From Camelus dromedarius (taxonomy: Eukaryota), in the NCBI RefSeq assembly GCF_036321535.1, contig NC_087436.1:6200001-6264000 (forward strand): 64,000 nt of DNA. The letters are read 5' to 3'. The notes beneath the pieces are model-generated. The model saw only the letters and a list, made by a program, of their open reading frames with translations. It made no database searches and was not told the origin of the DNA. Every line of letters starts with the position of its first letter. Within the stretch, counting starts at the first letter, position 1. This document shows, in pieces, positions 26,164-42,889 of this stretch. Position numbers and translations under genes: made by a program.

Positions 26164-28184
26164 TGGGGAGCACTGGCCATTACCATTTCCCACGTCGGAG
26201 CAGAACCAGACATGCGAGGGATATTTCAAACTTGAGTGGCTTGGCTTTTTCTCAGTTAGATGTCTATTAGTCAGTTTTTCCGCTAAACACCTGGCCGTGG
26301 TTTCTGCAATTTATCTCGGTGTGTGCAGAGATACAAATCCCCTCCGGGAAGTGAGTCACAGTGATGGAGTGGAGAAGTCTCTGGAAGAGGGTGGGAAGGC
26401 TGTGTGGGCTCCTTGCCGTGAGCATAAGTCGTGAAGTCAAGCAGATTTGGAGATGAGTCTCGGGGTGTCACTTCCTGGCTGTTTGTTCTTAGATGAAGTA
26501 TTCACTCCTCCATCCTTTGGTTTTCTCGTTTGTCAGAGGGAGTCCAGAGAACTAAGGTGGATCATATCTTTGGAGCATATGGCATCGCGCCAGCCCCAGC
26601 GTGTGAACCTGATATGGGCAACTGTCGCTATTAACTTGGGAGGTCTACCATATTGCTTCGTGTCGCAACTCTCTAGAATGCACGTGCCATCATTTTCAAA
26701 ATATAAATGAAAAATCTGTACCAGAGGAGCTTCAGTAATGACCAGATCTCCAAGGGTGTCATTCAACCCGTTACTTGCCTCTTCTTTTACCTCGTGGTCC
26801 TTCGGTCAATATAAATGGTGCCCAATACCTATGCAAGGAACTTCTAAAGAGCTGAAAGATGAGACAAGCAAGAGGTTCGTGGAAGTGTGCAGTAAGGCAA
26901 GGCTGACTGAGTTGTCAGCGTCCCAGGCGGTGAAGCAAAGCTGTGAATTTCTGGAGAGCAACAACAGAGGGAAGGGAGGAGAAAGCCTTAGGGAAGGAGG
27001 GGAGGGCAGGACAGAATAGCAAAGCTGCATCTCTGCTTCTCAGAGAAAGAGGGGATAAGGCAGCACTCGTGGGAAAGGGGAGGAAACACTGCAGGTTTTA
27101 CAAGGATGAAATGGCTGTCTGTGGCAGAAGGGCATTCCAAGAGTCCGGCATTGCTGTGAAAATAAAATAGAAGGTAGCAATTCTGCAAAGCACTAAAAAC
27201 AAAATGTAAAGAGAAGACAGCTGATAATGGAGACGGAGGTCTGAGACATTGAGGGCACTGGAAGGGAATTGTGCGGCAACAGAAGGAGGTGGGCGTAGGG
27301 AGTCTGGCTTTGTGAACTCAGCTGCATGGTTCCCTTTACTCTTTCTCTCCAAAAAAAAAAAAAAAAAAAAGTCATCCATTCCTTTCAGGGCAGTACATTT
27401 TGCCAAATATGCTCTTTAAATATTGCTTTTAGAACATTTCCTTGATCTGCCAGTACACTGCCCAGATGGGCAAAAATCCAAGCTCTTTCCTTCCGGAGTC
27501 CTTGTCATGATTTATACGAGGAGTTTTTTCCTACCAAAGATAAGATCGAAGAAGAACAGAACGTAAGGTGCACAAAACACTCAATTCCTGATAATAAAAT
27601 GCATTGGCTGGAGCTATCGTGAGGGATATTTGAGATGATATGCAAGAGAGTTGGATTCTGTTCACAAATATAGCTGAAGAACAATGTTTCCTTTTTTAAT
27701 AGGAACATTTGAAGGAAAGAAAGGGAAGGCTAAGGGAACACTATATAAAAATCAGTTTTTCTTATGTATGAAAAAAATTTAGCCAGTGCCTGAGCTCTGT
27801 CACACCACATGTAGATAGATAAGAACTTTCACAGTTTCACGAGTGAATATTTGAAAGGGGAGGTTGCTGAAGGAGGCTGTGTTCCTTTCTTTTCTCCTGC
27901 TGGACCCTGAGGTCTAAGGCAGGGCCGCACGCATACCTGGCACTCAAGAAATATTTGTTACATGAATGAGTAAATAAAGCCTTAAAGAAATCAAATTAGC
28001 AAATAAATTCTGTAACCATCACCACCAGCTCAGAGCTAGTTGGCCCAGAAAAACCTGTTATGGCTTTAATCTCATGGTTTGGGGCACCCCAACCAGAGTG
28101 CAAAGCTTCAATTCTGATAATACTAAATCACTCAGTTTATAAGCAACTGTGAAAAGAAATCAGCCTGTTCATTAAGGAAAAAAA

Positions 28185-28272
28185 TTCAAAAGGACACATG
28201 CACCCTAGCACTATTTTCAATAGCCAAGACATGAAAACAACCTAATGTCTATTGACAAATGATTGGATAAAA

Positions 28273-28335
<63 letters not shown>

Positions 28336-28795
28336 GGAATACTACTCAGCCATAAAAAAGAATGAAACAATGCCATTTGCAGCAACATGGATGGACCTAG
28401 AGATCATCATTCTAAGTGAAGTAAGTCAGACAGAGAAAGACAAATATACAATATTATTTGTAAGTGAATCTAAGAAGTGTCACAAATGAATTTATTTACA
28501 ATACAAAAACAGACTCATGGACATAGAAAACAAGCATGGTTACCAAAGGGGAAAGGGGTGGGGGAAGGATAAATTAGCAGTTTGGGATTAGCAGATACAA
28601 ACTACTATATCTAAAGCAGAAAAACAACGAAGACCTACTGTACAGCACAGGGAACTCTATTCAATATTTTGTAGTGACCTAAATGATAAAGAATCTGAAA
28701 AAGAATATACACATGTACAACTGAATCACTTTGATGTACACCTGAAACATTGTAAATCAACTATACGTCAATAAAAGTTTTTTAATTTAAAAAAT
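28185..28795 (+). mobile_element. L1 3' end containing a (GT)15(AC)14 palindromic microsatellite
   Basis: ORF2 C-terminal peptide MEYYSAIKKNETMPFAATWMDLEIIILSEVSQTEKDKY, then 3' UTR and AATAAA. Confidence 0.92.
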
Positions 28796-28809
28796 GAAGG
28801 AAGAAGACA

Positions 28810-29521
28810 GTTTATCTCTTTACCTGGATCTATTGTTCTATGTGTGTATGTCCCTCAATCCTTCTGAACGTTTGAATGGAAATGTTCACCCTGTTCCTGT
28901 CCCATTGCTGTATTCTGGACGCATATAACCAGTCTGGTTTCCCAGGTTCACAGCTGGAGAGGAATTTTGCTTCTGGACAAATCGTACCTTGTCTCCTGCA
29001 TAGGTGACTTAGATGACACTTAGATGGAGTTTTGGACTTTAGACTTCAGAATTGATGCAGAAACAATTTAAGACTTGGGGCACTGTTTGCATGGAATTCA
29101 TGTATTTGGCGTGCAAGGACATGAGTGTCAAAGGGCCTGTGCCATAGACTCAACTGTGTCACCCAAAGGCCATGTGTTGAAGCCCCAATGCCACTGTGAT
29201 GGCATTTGGAGATGGGGACTTTGGGAGGTTCAGATGAGGTCATGAGGGTGGCACCCTCACGGTGGGATTAGTGCCCTTGGAAGAAGAGACACCCAGGAGC
29301 TGGCTTCCTCTCTCCACCTGCACACACCCAGGGAAGGCCATGTGATGACACAGTAAGAAGGTGGCCATCTGTAACCAACAAGAGAGCCCGCTGCAGACAC
29401 TGGCCATGCTGGCATCTGGGTCTTGAATGTCCAGGCTCCAAGATGGTGAAAAGAAAACTCCTGTGGTCAAAGCCACCGAGTCTATGGCGTCTTGTTATGG
29501 CAGCCTGAGCTGTCAAAGACA
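28810..29521 (+). mobile_element. MLT1 internal 3' fragment joined to its MLT1A/B-like LTR (LTR about 29138-29521)
   Basis: MLT1-int-like motif (aggttcacagctggagaggaattttgc, ttttggactttagactt). LTR motifs gatgaggtcatgagggtgg and gttatggcagcctgagc. Confidence 0.75.
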
Positions 29522-29639
29522 GAGAGCAAAACGCTAACCTCAATGTGTTGCCTGGCAGGTAAGGTACAGGGGAAAGTCAGGGAACAGCAGGTGCTTCTGA
29601 GGACCACCCCCAGAAACACACAGGACGGCCTGTGTTCCT

Positions 29640-29812
29640 CCAGCACCACCAGCAGACAGACTTCCTACGTGATGGAAACGTCGTCCATCTGTGCGAGCTG
29701 ACATGAGAATACACTTTCCATTAAGCACCTGCGGCTGCCCCGCTTCTGAAACGCTGCTTGTGTGGGACCGAGGAGACAAAATTTTACCTTTATTGGATTT
29801 GAATTTAATTTG
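29640..29812 (+). mobile_element. MER3-like hAT-Charlie fragment
   Basis: tgatggaaacg...ctgaaacgctgcttgtgtgggaccgagga...aattttacc resembles MER3. Confidence 0.5.
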
Positions 29813-29879
29813 AAGGCTTTCAGAAACTATTTCCTACAGTCTCAAAGAAAAATTTTAAAACCCTTTGAAAAAACAGGTT

Positions 29880-30620
29880 TTAAAAATAAATGAAGTGTTA
29901 ATAAAGCAGCAAAAGGTGAAAGCTGAACTTTCTAAAAAGAAATTTGAAGATAAATGTACTAGCAGAATGAAGACTAATCAGAAACAGCAAGTAGAAAAGA
30001 TGCTGAGGACATAAAGGCAGATATATAGAGGAAACACTTTCGAAAACAGTACGTTTGGTGAAGAAAAAATATAGAAAAATGAGCAAATAAGGAAAACACA
30101 GTTGTTCAGAGTCCAATTCCATACATGCATAATAAATATCTCTTTACCTGAAAACAGAACAAATAGAACTAAAAAAAATTCAAATATATATTGTAAAAAT
30201 ATTCCTGAAATGAGGGAAAATGTAAATATGTTGACTCTTTGTTGTGTTTGGGGAAAACTTGATGTAGAATGACCAACTTTAAGACATGTCCCGAGAATGT
30301 GTTAAAAATTAAAAGATAAAAAAAGAATCCAGTGTGTTCCAAAACTGGAAAAACAAATCACCCACAAGTTAGAACGAGAAAAAAGTGCAGGCTGGCCTCT
30401 GAAGTCTTATCTGTAATGTTCAATGCCAACTGATAGGCTTGCAATGTCTACAGACTTCCAAGGGCATTTTGTTTCCAGAAAAAAAGTATGAAATCCAACC
30501 TTCATGTCACCAGCCTGTTGTTTATAGAAGTAACAAAACAGCGTTACTCACACATGAGCAAGTCTCAGTGGATGTGGGACTCTTGAGTAAGTCGGTACAA
30601 AGCGTGTGATGCAGAAGCCA
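29880..30620 (+). mobile_element. Old L1 ORF1-like fragments
   Basis: A-rich sense L1 ORF1-like motifs (aatattcctgaaatgagg, caggctggcctctgaagtctt). Confidence 0.45.
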
Positions 30621-30944
30621 GTCAGCAAAGAGATGAGCGAGGAAGCACAACGACCTCAGGAATGAGGACGCTGGAACTGATGGTGGGCAGGGAGGCCATT
30701 CACACACAGCAGCGGGGCACCTGTCACAGGCGGGCACCTGTCACAGGTGGACGCCGGCTGGTGAGGCGTGAGAAGGTTACCCACGGGAGCATGATGATCG
30801 GTGTTTTAGAAGTCGGTTTGTGAAGGAAAGAAGCTGGGGGGGAACAGGTGAGACGTGAACATCTTCACCGGTCACAGGAAGAAATCGAGGTGTGTTTTCT
30901 GAGCTTGGCATCGGAAAAAGACCTCCGTGCCTTAGATGCCAACC

Positions 30945-31480
30945 AATTTTCTGTTTGTTGCAAGTATCAGAAAAAATCAACCAAGATTAAGTTGAAGCAA
31001 AAAGGTGAATTAACAAAGGGCACCGAGCCACTGCAAGAGACCAAGACATGGAACTCACCTCCAGGGCAGCTAATGTGACAGGAGCAGGGGACCGACCCCC
31101 AGGCACCAGCCGCCCCTTCTCCCGTCAGCACTTCTGGGGTCTCCTTCCATCTCTCCTCGCTTCCTCTGCATCAGCTTCGTCCATCTCACCAGAGGAAACC
31201 TGACTGAGATCTCCAGAACATCGCCCTTTATCACTACAGTCCTGGTTTTCCTCCTTTTCAGCTCTAGAATTCTGAGGTGAGCTTTCTGAGTGACCCAGTG
31301 AGGTCAAGGGTTCAGTTCTGATCCAATCGATTGTGACAGCAAACAGCTGACTTGAGAGGCTGGGCTTTGCCCAGTGAGGTCACATGTGCCTCACTGAGTC
31401 TCCCAGCTACCGCCGAGAGGCTCAGGCAGAGGTGATGTGAAGTCGGGTTTGGGGGCTGGTCCCCAGGAGAAGAGGGTTAT
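30945..31480 (-). mobile_element. Very old MLT1-like LTR
   Basis: tctgtttgttgcaagtatcagaaaa...aagcaaaaaggtgaatt start motif typical of old MLT1 families. Confidence 0.35.
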
Positions 31481-32412
31481 TGGATGGACATTTAACAGAC
31501 GTAGGTTATAGTTGCCTCAGATGTAACCAGAGCCGCCATTTGTAGCTTTCACCATCCACTGTAGGTCCCAGTGTGATTTACCAGGTAGCTTCCGCTTTCC
31601 AGGTGGCCCTTGTCCAGTGACTGGTGACTGGAAGTGCCAGCCCTCCAGAACGTCCCTTTGCTCAGGCACAGAACTGGAACCATCCAGGCTGTCCGTCAGC
31701 TTGGGTCTCTAGGTGTTTATGAAAAGCAAAGCCGTCCCCCAAGCTAGGACGGACATTCAGCATGAGCAGTCTGCCTCTGTGGTTCCGAGCCACTGCCGTC
31801 TGGGACGTTATTATTATTAGCATTATTAGCATTATTATTTAGCCTGTCGGATTGATAGCCCATCCTTTTCTTGGATTTCCTGTTGGCTGCTAACTGCGTC
31901 GTGGCCCACAATTCTCCTCTAATGGGCTTCGTTACTTGTCTTCCCCTCCATGTCGTTTGACCTTCAGTTAGGGGAGGGCCCCAGGGGGTTCTGGGGCCCT
32001 GATGACGTGTGGCTTCCTTGCAGCTCATTCTTTGTCTCAAAGGACACAGATCTGGCCCCTGGGAACGAGGAAGGGAAGCACAGACTTCCTGGCACTTTTA
32101 TCACCTCCCATTCAAATATGTGTGCCCTCATAGTCAATTTGTCATGTGCTCCTAGATTCATTCTGCACCTACAGTGTTTATTTCAGAGCCCACGATGTCT
32201 CCTCCTGCTCACACACACGTGGCACATTTCAATGATCCCTGTCCCTGAATTAACCAACCTCTCGGGACTTTTGACTGACGCCATAAAATGCAGCAGTGCA
32301 TTCTAACATCAGGAATTGGACAGAGAAAAATCTTCATCAGCTGCATGTGAGAAGACAACAGAAAATTCAAGGGTTTTCCCCATTATGGGCGACTTGCTAC
32401 CAATGGACTACA

Positions 32413-32530
32413 GCAGTGTTTCTGAACCAGGGATGACTCTGCCTCTCGGGCAAGTTTACAATACGTGGAGGCATTTTCGGTTGTCCCAACTTGAAGGTGT
32501 GTTATTACTGGCAACTGGGAGGCAGCCTGG
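32413..32530 (+). mobile_element. MER20-like 5' fragment
   Basis: cagtgtttctgaaccaggg...ggaggcattttcggttgtcccaact...tactggca. Confidence 0.65.
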
Positions 32531-34327
32531 GGCTCAAGTCAAGATTTAATTAGTAATCTACGTCCTTAATTAGGCGCTTGCTACTCTGTGTCACTCCTCT
32601 TTCAACGCATTTTATCTCTATTTGCAACAACAATAAAGTAAGAAAAAGGAAATGACACATCACTAGCAGCAAATGGCACTGCCACAATTGTCACCAAAAC
32701 TCTTGGGAAGGTCCTATAACTGTCACTTGTTACCGGATTGAGAGGGAAGGTTGACTCTCCTGGGAGATGCTGCAAATTATTTCAGAATTCTCCTAGGAAA
32801 GACGTGACATTTGCAAGCTTAGTCCTAACGTATTCTCACAAAGTTACAGAGGACTTCTGAATCATAGTTCTTTTTTTTTTAAGTACTCTGAGGTTAAAAA
32901 AAAAATAACATTGACCTCAACTTTTAATACTCCTGAGGGCCTGAAACGAGGATATGGAACAAGAACCCTTGTTCTCCTAAACAGAAATGGAGCCAATAAC
33001 ATAGAGAACTTTATGAGCCAGATAATGTCTGGTGTCCTGGAGCTAAAGAAAATGTTGGCCCGTCTTGCAAAATCACAGCTGTTTCTGTCTCATTTAGCGA
33101 CTGGGCCCACTCCCTGCAGCCAGTTTGCCTTTTGAAATATAGCACAGCTAGCTAGCCATTTTGCAGTATGTGATTAAAGCCACTGACAAGGGAAGTTTTC
33201 TTTACTTTTTTTTTTTTAGCTCTTTGTCTCAAAAGCTTTAGAAAACTTGACAAGCATTGCTCAGAAATACAGATTACATTTTTGGAAAGAAGATGCATAG
33301 AGATTTCTTACTGTGTACAAAATTGTGCATATTTTTATCAACAAATAAAATGCACTTTGGAAACGTGAGGTTAAACAGGTCCTTTTCTAAGATTAAAAAA
33401 AAAAATGCTGCACTAATTTAACCATAGGCATTGATGGTGGGAGAAAAGATTTCTGTGACAACTTCATTCACCCACCATGTGTGTTTCTAGGTTGCAAAAC
33501 AGCCTACCAGCAAACCTTCTGAGTCAGAGACCTTTCAAGTTGAAAATCAACTAATAATTTTTAATAAGTTAAAGAAGTAGATGAAACTAAACTTAAGATG
33601 TTGATCAACTGGTAACATTCAGTACTTAAAATTATGTAACTGTTTTGAGAGTCCGTGAAAGTAAAAGTTTCAAAATTGTAAAATCAGGACTGTCAAGCAG
33701 AGAAAATTCTATGACCCTGCAGTCAAAAGTTTATTAAAGTAAAATTTTCTTAAAGGTAAAACTGCAACTTTTAGCAAATGTAAAATGAACATGTCAAAAT
33801 TTTAGTCAAGTAATTAACTAACGCAGGAACCAGTAAGATGGTAAAAGCATTTCCAAGTGTATTTCAAAAGCTGAATGTTTATAGGCAATGTTCGGATGAG
33901 GTTGTTGGACTAGATGTAAAGACTGGTTAATGTCCAACAAGGTAATAAACTGTAAAACCATTAGGGTTGTCTTTTTCACCAGACAGAAATTATTTGCATT
34001 TCCCAGGGATAAAAATTTTCAAGTTAACCTCTGACCTACAGCTTTACCAAACAGCCCATTCAATACAAAACCAGGCCCAGCATCGCACTGGAAGGACACT
34101 TGGAATTCTCTTCTGACAAGTTGCATCGTCTTTCATATATGAATCTTTCGTTCTTGATGACATTATGCAGTTTTTAGAGACAGGTCTCCATCATCTTTAT
34201 CTGACCCATGTACAGTTCCCGTGGCACATTTTCAGGCTTGTGCCCTAAATGTGCCCAGCTTGTTCTGTGCTGAGATAAACATCAGAATTTATAAGACAAT
34301 GTGTAGATGAATCTACATGTAGGTTAT

Positions 34328-34333
34328 TTTATT
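34328..34333 (-). terminator. Candidate distal poly(A) signal AATAAA of GASK1B
   Basis: tttatt on + strand (AATAAA on -) at the end of the AU-rich, repeat-free block. Confidence 0.55.
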
Positions 34334-34827
34334 CACTAGGTGTAATTTAATGTATATTTAAAAGTCCAATGGTATAAACAAGCTATCACACAAGTTCAGA
34401 GATTATAAATATTTTGAGCATGAGTCTAAGACATTTTGCATTTCAGTAAGTTCCCCAGGTGCCTGATAAGCTTAATAAATATGAATGTTATAAAGAAAAT
34501 TTTAAATATAATGGTAAAACTCACCCCAAGCAGAGAAAACACCAAATTAGTGTTCTCTTATAGCTTGTGACATCTATGAACTAATTTGCATACCACCTAA
34601 AACAATGCTATACGTACACCAAGAGAAGGTGTCATATCACTATTAATGCAATCAAATATATGCAAACGCAGACACAACCCAGTGCAACTCTAAATTATTC
34701 AATGGTTTCTTTTCTCATGGATAAAGGTAGCCAACATTCTCCTAAACATAACTTCTGAAAAGCAACCCATCTACAAAAAAAAAAAAATCTACAGAATAAA
34801 AAGCATGAGTTTTTAATTTCCAATATT

Positions 34828-34859
34828 TTTATTACAGATTTTTCAGATACATATTTATT
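34828..34859 (-). terminator. Two candidate proximal poly(A) signals (34828-34833, 34854-34859)
   Basis: Two tttatt hexamers on + strand within the AU-rich UTR. Confidence 0.35.
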
Positions 34860-37131
34860 TTCATAACATCAGCTTAAAAATAATTAATTGCCCAAGAATA
34901 AGCTTTTGTATGTCTGCCAAGGTAAACTGCTCTATCTTAAGTTTATCAAGTTATAAATAAGCCACATCATGTGCTTCTGTGAACCAAACCACAGCATCGT
35001 TGGACTGCATCCGAAAGGCACAGAGCATCCCCACTGTTTTCAGTGAGAGAAGAGAAGAATATTAATCATTAGGACGAAAACCCTGGCCTCCAGCTACCTA
35101 TCATCTGAAACTAATACAGCCTGAATTATTTGCTGAGTCTAAAACAAAAAGCATTGTTAAAAAGCAAAGGTGACCAAAACAAACACGTGTTCCTGGGCCT
35201 TGCGTTCAACATTCAGCATTTCAGAATAACTGGAGGCAGACAAACCACCAGACCCCCCAGCAGGAGGACCTAGCTGCCCAGAAGCAGTGGAGTATGAGAT
35301 GTAAAATTAAAGCCACTTCTGAGGAACCTGGGATTCCCAGCACCAGCGTCACAAATTTGCGTAGGATGGTCTAGTCCATAAAAAGCATAGTAAAATGCAA
35401 ATATTTCACCAGGGAATATCAAAGAGAGAATGGTCTGGAGACCAGCTCTCCAAGAGTCAGCCGACAAGTGAGGATGCTGAAAGTCAGACCTGAACGCAAG
35501 CCTGAAACAGTTATAATTAGATGATCTAACATTCCCTGTCCCTTGGTCCACCTTCTCTGGTACTCAACATATTAGTTTGACATTTTGCTCCCATACATTT
35601 GTATAAATTAAAATCTATAGATATGCTCTTTTTTAAAAAAAACCTAGCATTTGTCGTAACGTGTTGAATAGTTCTAATTTACGGTGACATTGAGTTACCC
35701 TTGATCAGAACACAGAAAAGGGGGCGTAGTCTAGCAAAAACATGTGGAACTGAGAAAACAGAGGATAGCCTGTATTATAAACATTCTTAAGTTGTATTTT
35801 TAAGCTTTCAGAGAAAGGAGAAGTCAGTATGTTAGCTTTTAAATGAGGGGTAGGGAGTGGGAGGTGGTGGGAGGGTAATCATGATTTGTTCAAGGTTTGG
35901 AACCTCCGTATGAACATCCATCTTGTCCGATGACAGGGGATCTCCAAGGACACAAAGGCCCAGCAGGTGACCTGCTCTGTGTCCACACCCTCCCACCGCA
36001 TTAAAAAGTTGGTAGAGTTCAAGGAGAATTATTTGAGGCTTAATACCCTCTGACTTGCTGTTTTAGTTCTAGCCATGAGCTTACACTGAGGAGAACTGAT
36101 CAGGGCTGGGCTTTAATTTAGTTTGTTCATATTATTCACATGAGAACAAGCTAAACAATATGTTGAAACACACTCCATATCTGATCCTGGATGACATCAA
36201 TTAAATCAGTTTAAATACAATTATATGGAACAAATTTGAAGAGATCCACTATTATTAATAAAATATACAGAAAGTATGGTACATCTTTGGTAAAAATGAC
36301 AAAAAATTTTAAAACAGTATCCACTTTAAAAAAGAGATCCGCTAAGTGCAGTTTCACATAGGTAACTTTATACCTGAAAAGCGATTAATTTCTAAGCCAT
36401 CGGACACAAGCTGGACCAACAGTGAGAGAGTAAAACTACACCTAACGTGTAAATTGTCAGGTGTGGATGGTTTCCATAGTGACAAGAAAGGGCACGCCTA
36501 GGAAGGAATGGAAAATGATGCTTGCTGCTCAGGATCACAGAGCTGGCTGGTCATTTGTAGGTCCAATAGAATATACACTGAGGGGTTTACAAATAAACCA
36601 CCATTTCCACCTAGAGTTATCGTGTGCTCCGATGTTTCTGCGGATCATGGCCCCGGTTTTCCACCGTAGAGCTGTCTCTGGGCAGCCTTGGGACTGCCCT
36701 GTTGTAACAATCAGCAACAGAAAAATGTCCAGAATGGTTCCCATGGGCATTTGGTCAGACCAGTCAAAGTGGCATCAGATCTGCTCTGTTGAAGGAGTCC
36801 CTACCTCGGGTTTACGCTGTCCTGTTACACGACGTGACCAGTGCTTTATCACGGGACAGCCAGTGCAGCCACTCTGACGCTAAGACTCCCGCGCAGTGAT
36901 GTTAAAGGAAAACGTAAACGAGTATCTTTTTATCCGTATGGGTTTCCAGAGCTTCTCGAGTCGGCTTCAAGTGTTCACACTCACCATGTACCCTTGATTC
37001 AATTCATTGATTCCATGCATTCATGGCCATGGCCTCGTTCTGAAAAAGGCTTGAGGTCTGTGGACTTGACTCAAAACCAAAAATCGAAAGGCACACATAA
37101 CAGCCCGTCCCCTGGCCGGGAGAGCGTTCTG

Positions 37132-40547
<3,416 letters not shown>

Positions 40548-41164
40548 TCATTTAATTAAAGGCAACTGTCAGAGAAAGTCCAAGGTTCACATCCTTCTGA
40601 CTCAGGCACAGCATGAGCGTTTCCAGCTTCTGCTAACAGCTCCAAGGTCAGATCATCCAAGTTAAGCATCTCCACCCTTAACATTCAAAGTTCCCACTGA
40701 CATCATGGGTGGACGCATGGCCAGAAGAATCTGATTCTATTCAGGACAGAAGCTAGAAACCACTGTCCTGTGACCCACCCGGAAGGCTGTATCTTATTCT
40801 CGCCCTCAGGTTGTGTTATAGAAAACCTGAGTCACCCCAGTGTCTCTAGAATTCGACTGCATCTCTGAACCTCTCTGGACTTCCGTGCTGCAGCATCTAA
40901 CCTGAAATAGCGGAGGACAAATCTATTGACAAGATGTTAAGTTCAATCATGAAACCCAACACATTACTTGTATGAAGCCCACGGCTGGATTCTAAATAGG
41001 TGAGCAGGATAAGCAGAGCAGTTGGGCCTCCTGGGGTTTACTGGGGGAACAGGACCACTACCTTACAGAAGAGGGTAAACAGATGAACTCGAAAAGGGAG
41101 AACTGTGTCATTTCCATTTCTTTGGGGCAAGGGAAGAAATAATATTTATTCTTCAGGGTAAATT

Positions 41165-41390
41165 AAAGTCTGGGCTCAGGAATCAGATAAACGTAAAGTC
41201 CAGTATCGGCTCTCACACTTTGCAGCTCTGCGATGCCTTTACTGCACTGACTCTCAATTTGATCATCTGTAAAATGGGGATGATAGCATTCACCTTGTGC
41301 ATTTAGTCAGAGGATTAATGAAAGGGTCCGGACACGCTCCAGCCCTGACCTAGGCATCGAGAAGATCCTTGAAAAAATAAAAACTGTTAG
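41165..41390 (+). mobile_element. MIR
   Basis: ctctcaatttgatcatctgtaaaatggggatgatag core. Confidence 0.65.
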
Positions 41391-41544
41391 TACTACTGTC
41401 CAGACACACACGTGCACACTGTAGGAAGTGTTTTATCTCAAAACAAGCTTCCAAAAGAAAAAAAAAAAAAAAAAAAAGAAACCAAACAAAACCTTATTGT
41501 GGGGAAGGAGTTAAAAAAAAAAAAACCAAGCTTCCAAGGCAAAA

Positions 41545-41690
41545 GGTAATTTCTCCATTTCAATGGAGGAAAACAGCCTCAGAGAGGTTTAATATCTGCA
41601 GGGCAGAATTCCCGCAAGTAGCAAAGGTAAGATTCAGACACAGCTGTGTTTGTCTTCAGTTTCCCAGTGTCCCCCTAGGTCATCACGTTG
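41545..41690 (-). mobile_element. MIR fragment
   Basis: ctccatttcaatggaggaaaacagcctcagagaggtt motif. Confidence 0.5.
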
Positions 41691-41907
41691 AGGAGTTGAA
41701 GGCTAGGCAAGGTCGCACAGATGCTTGTGATTCAAAGATTCCTCAACACAGACTGGCACTTTGATTCTTCTGGCACCGAACTCCCGTCCTTTCTCTCCCT
41801 CCTGTGTTTTCGCAGATCTGTGGGGTTGGCCGCTCTAGGTGGCCAGGTGCTAAGAAAGGGTGTCAGGAATAGCAGTCTCAAAATGTAGCCTGTTCTGAAA
41901 TAACCAT

Positions 41908-41932
41908 CCAGCCAGCCAGCCAGCCAGCCAGC
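41908..41932. repeat. (CCAG)6 microsatellite
   Basis: Visible tetranucleotide run. Confidence 0.9.
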
Positions 41933-42889
41933 TGTTCACTGGGCATCTTCCACCACCCATCAGTGGACTGGGTGCCGAGGCAAATGCCGCCCATGGCCAG
42001 CACCTCCTCAGCATCACCACTACTCCTAAAGGAAAATGAAGTGGTTTAATTTTGCCTCAGTACCACAGCAAACTCCAGGCACTGGACCAGTGACCCTCAT
42101 CTCTGTTTTCTGCACGTAAAGGGACTTGGTATCGAATAGCACACCTCAGGAAGCAGGGACTGGAAGAGGAGTTAGCATAAGCCAACTTTCTATGACGTTT
42201 ATATGAAACCAGTCACACGGGCGGGGTGGTCACGGAGCCACCGGCACCTGGACAGCTCAGAGCGTGCACGGCGGGTCTCCAAACAACCTGCAGATCAGGG
42301 AGGTCTCCGTCAGAACTGGCTCCAGGAAGCTGATCTGTGGGGCTGTTACATCTAACCAGTGGTTTATCCAGAAGGCCACAGAGGCTGACTCCAGGGCACA
42401 GCCAGTTCCCACTGCTGGTTCAAGAGCATCCGCTGAACCCACGGGTACCAACATTCCCCCAAGGTGAGCAAGAGAGCGCCCACCAAGCCCCTCTAGGGCA
42501 CACGAAAGACGCGTGAACTAGAAACCACTAGAAACCTGTATGGGACCCTTTCCCCTGAATTTCTTTCCTTTTATGGAGAACCTTGACTGCCTGTGAATAT
42601 AAGAGAAACCAAATGATATAAAGAGATTCGTACATGGTCACCAATTATTTAAGTGAAGACCAGAGGGTCAGAGAGAACATAAAAAATTACTTCTGGAAGC
42701 TGCTTCTCATCCAAGGTCCCTTTTTAACAAACATTAGCTAATGAATCTCAAAGAATCTTTATACCATTTCCCCCCAAAAAAGCACCATATGTTTTTATCC
42801 AATTATAATGACGTTATATATGGTTAAAAAAAAATCTTAATCCTATTTCATTCAGGCTACCACATTTTGGATAAATGTGTATAGAGCTT

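Larger units (their letters stand above)
34310..37131 (-). other. GASK1B: GASK1B 3' UTR (~2.8 kb, 3' end approximate)
   Basis: Follows the stop codon. No recognisable interspersed repeat, AU-rich distal part, AATAAA candidates near the end. Confidence 0.65.

Noticed and set aside
28277..28489. ORF containing the L1 ORF2 C-terminal peptide
   Set aside because: Truncated retrotransposon remnant, not a functional gene.
34302..34317. Small palindrome tgtagatgaatctaca near the putative cleavage site
   Set aside because: A 7-bp stem is expected by chance in 64 kb.
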